Part shown: positions 63,102 to 64,000 of the stretch, piece after piece
How positions within the stretch are numbered: the first letter of the stretch is position 1
Layout: each line of letters starts with the position of its first letter
Assembly: GCA_030141605.1 (NCBI GenBank)
Contig: JAQGDQ010000130.1
Span: 205,974 to 269,973 of the forward strand
Length of the DNA stretch: 64,000 nt
Direction: 5' to 3'
Source of the DNA: Tubiluchus corallicola
Lineage: Eukaryota; Animalia; Priapulida
Notes under the pieces: generated by a model
Told to the model about the DNA's origin: nothing
The model's input: only the letters and a program-made list of their open reading frames with translations
Databases searched by the model: none
Program-made: the position numbers and the translations under genes

Positions 63102-64000
63102 GTCTGTTATAGAGACTTTGGATGCGCATCGCATCGTGTATGTATTCTTCTCAAGACAGATTAATTAATAGATTACCCTGACTGCAAGATTTTCTGTAAT
63201 CAATATTTTGTCAAAGAAACCGCAACACATGAGACGACGGCGGCTTTTGCCCTCTGAGGGGAATACTCCCGGATATAACCAAGTTTTCTACTTCAATTTG
63301 AAGTCAGATTTGATTATTGCCGCTCTAATTTAGCTGATGGTGACTTTAGAGTTTGCTGCTGCTGAGGGATGAACAGAGATGTTATCAAAACAGACAAGTG
63401 GCTGATGCATATGGATGCTGGGAGCGGTATGAAAAAAGTCGTGATTATAAAAAAACTACATTCAACGCATTACATACCAGCTAGTGAAGATACAGAACGC
63501 AATTAAAAACAACGAATAGAACAGCCAAGCGACAAGTCAGCGAACTTTGTGTGATTATTGACCGAAGCTAAGCAGTGATGCGCCTGGACAGCAAACGGAT
63601 AGGTTTCGCTTTCAGTTAGCTAAAGCGTTTCTGTCGGTTCAGTTTTTCATAAGGCCACAATTATCAACGTAATGAGCAGGCGCAATAACTGTACCAAACA
63701 CGAGCGAGGAAGAAAGAACTTCAGCAAGAGAGTGACAAGTAAAAGTGCAGCAACAACGGGTGTACGAGTTCTAAACGTTGATAAACAATGTCAAATACAC
63801 AAACATTGAAAGTTCACGCTTGTACACATAATGGTTGATGCTTCAATATGCAACAACTTCAAGTTTCAAGTTCAAGATAGTGCAGTCATAGAAAAATGCG
63901 ATTTTGTTTGCGAAATGTAGCTAATAAGCTTACTAGTCAATTATCTGGTAAGCTGCCCGCTTTAAATAATAAAAAATAAAAAGAGTTATCTTTTCAATAA

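Noticed and set aside
62887-63168. Poly-Asp/Gly ORF (plus) and poly-Ile ORF (minus)
   Set aside because: Both are by-products of a GAT/GAC/GGC microsatellite; there is no splice or homology support.

Overview
AT-rich, intron-containing animal (probably invertebrate) genomic DNA. I found no prokaryotic operons, CRISPR arrays or intact rRNA/tRNA genes. Five protein-coding genes were rebuilt by hand from splice sites and reading phase. (1) An SH2D4-like adaptor (minus, 10 coding exons, 3011-14334, with one probable GC-AG intron). (2) An EPS15/EPS15L1-like endocytic adaptor (minus, 8 exons, 26153-37676). (3) A ZCCHC10-like gene (plus, intronless CDS, 42396-42908). (4) A storkhead-box (STOX)-like winged-helix gene (minus, 44391-48253, first coding exon not identified). 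(5) An unrecognised type-I membrane protein (plus, 51538-59897) with a signal-like N-terminus, an RKR site, one EGF-like exon, a TM helix and a long RG-rich tail. The most unusual structure is in gene 5: a juxtamembrane exon is present in three tandem copies. The duplication junction replaced the original phase-1 donor with a cryptic intronic GTAAGC donor, so copies 1 and 2 became symmetric 123-nt exons that can be stacked or skipped in frame. Introns and intergenic DNA contain Tc1/mariner-type, hAT-type, Kolobok-like and Academ-like elements, CR1 and RTE LINE fragments, and a SINE-like family whose shared core follows either tRNA-like or tRNA/5S-hybrid heads. All family calls rest on remembered motifs, not database searches.
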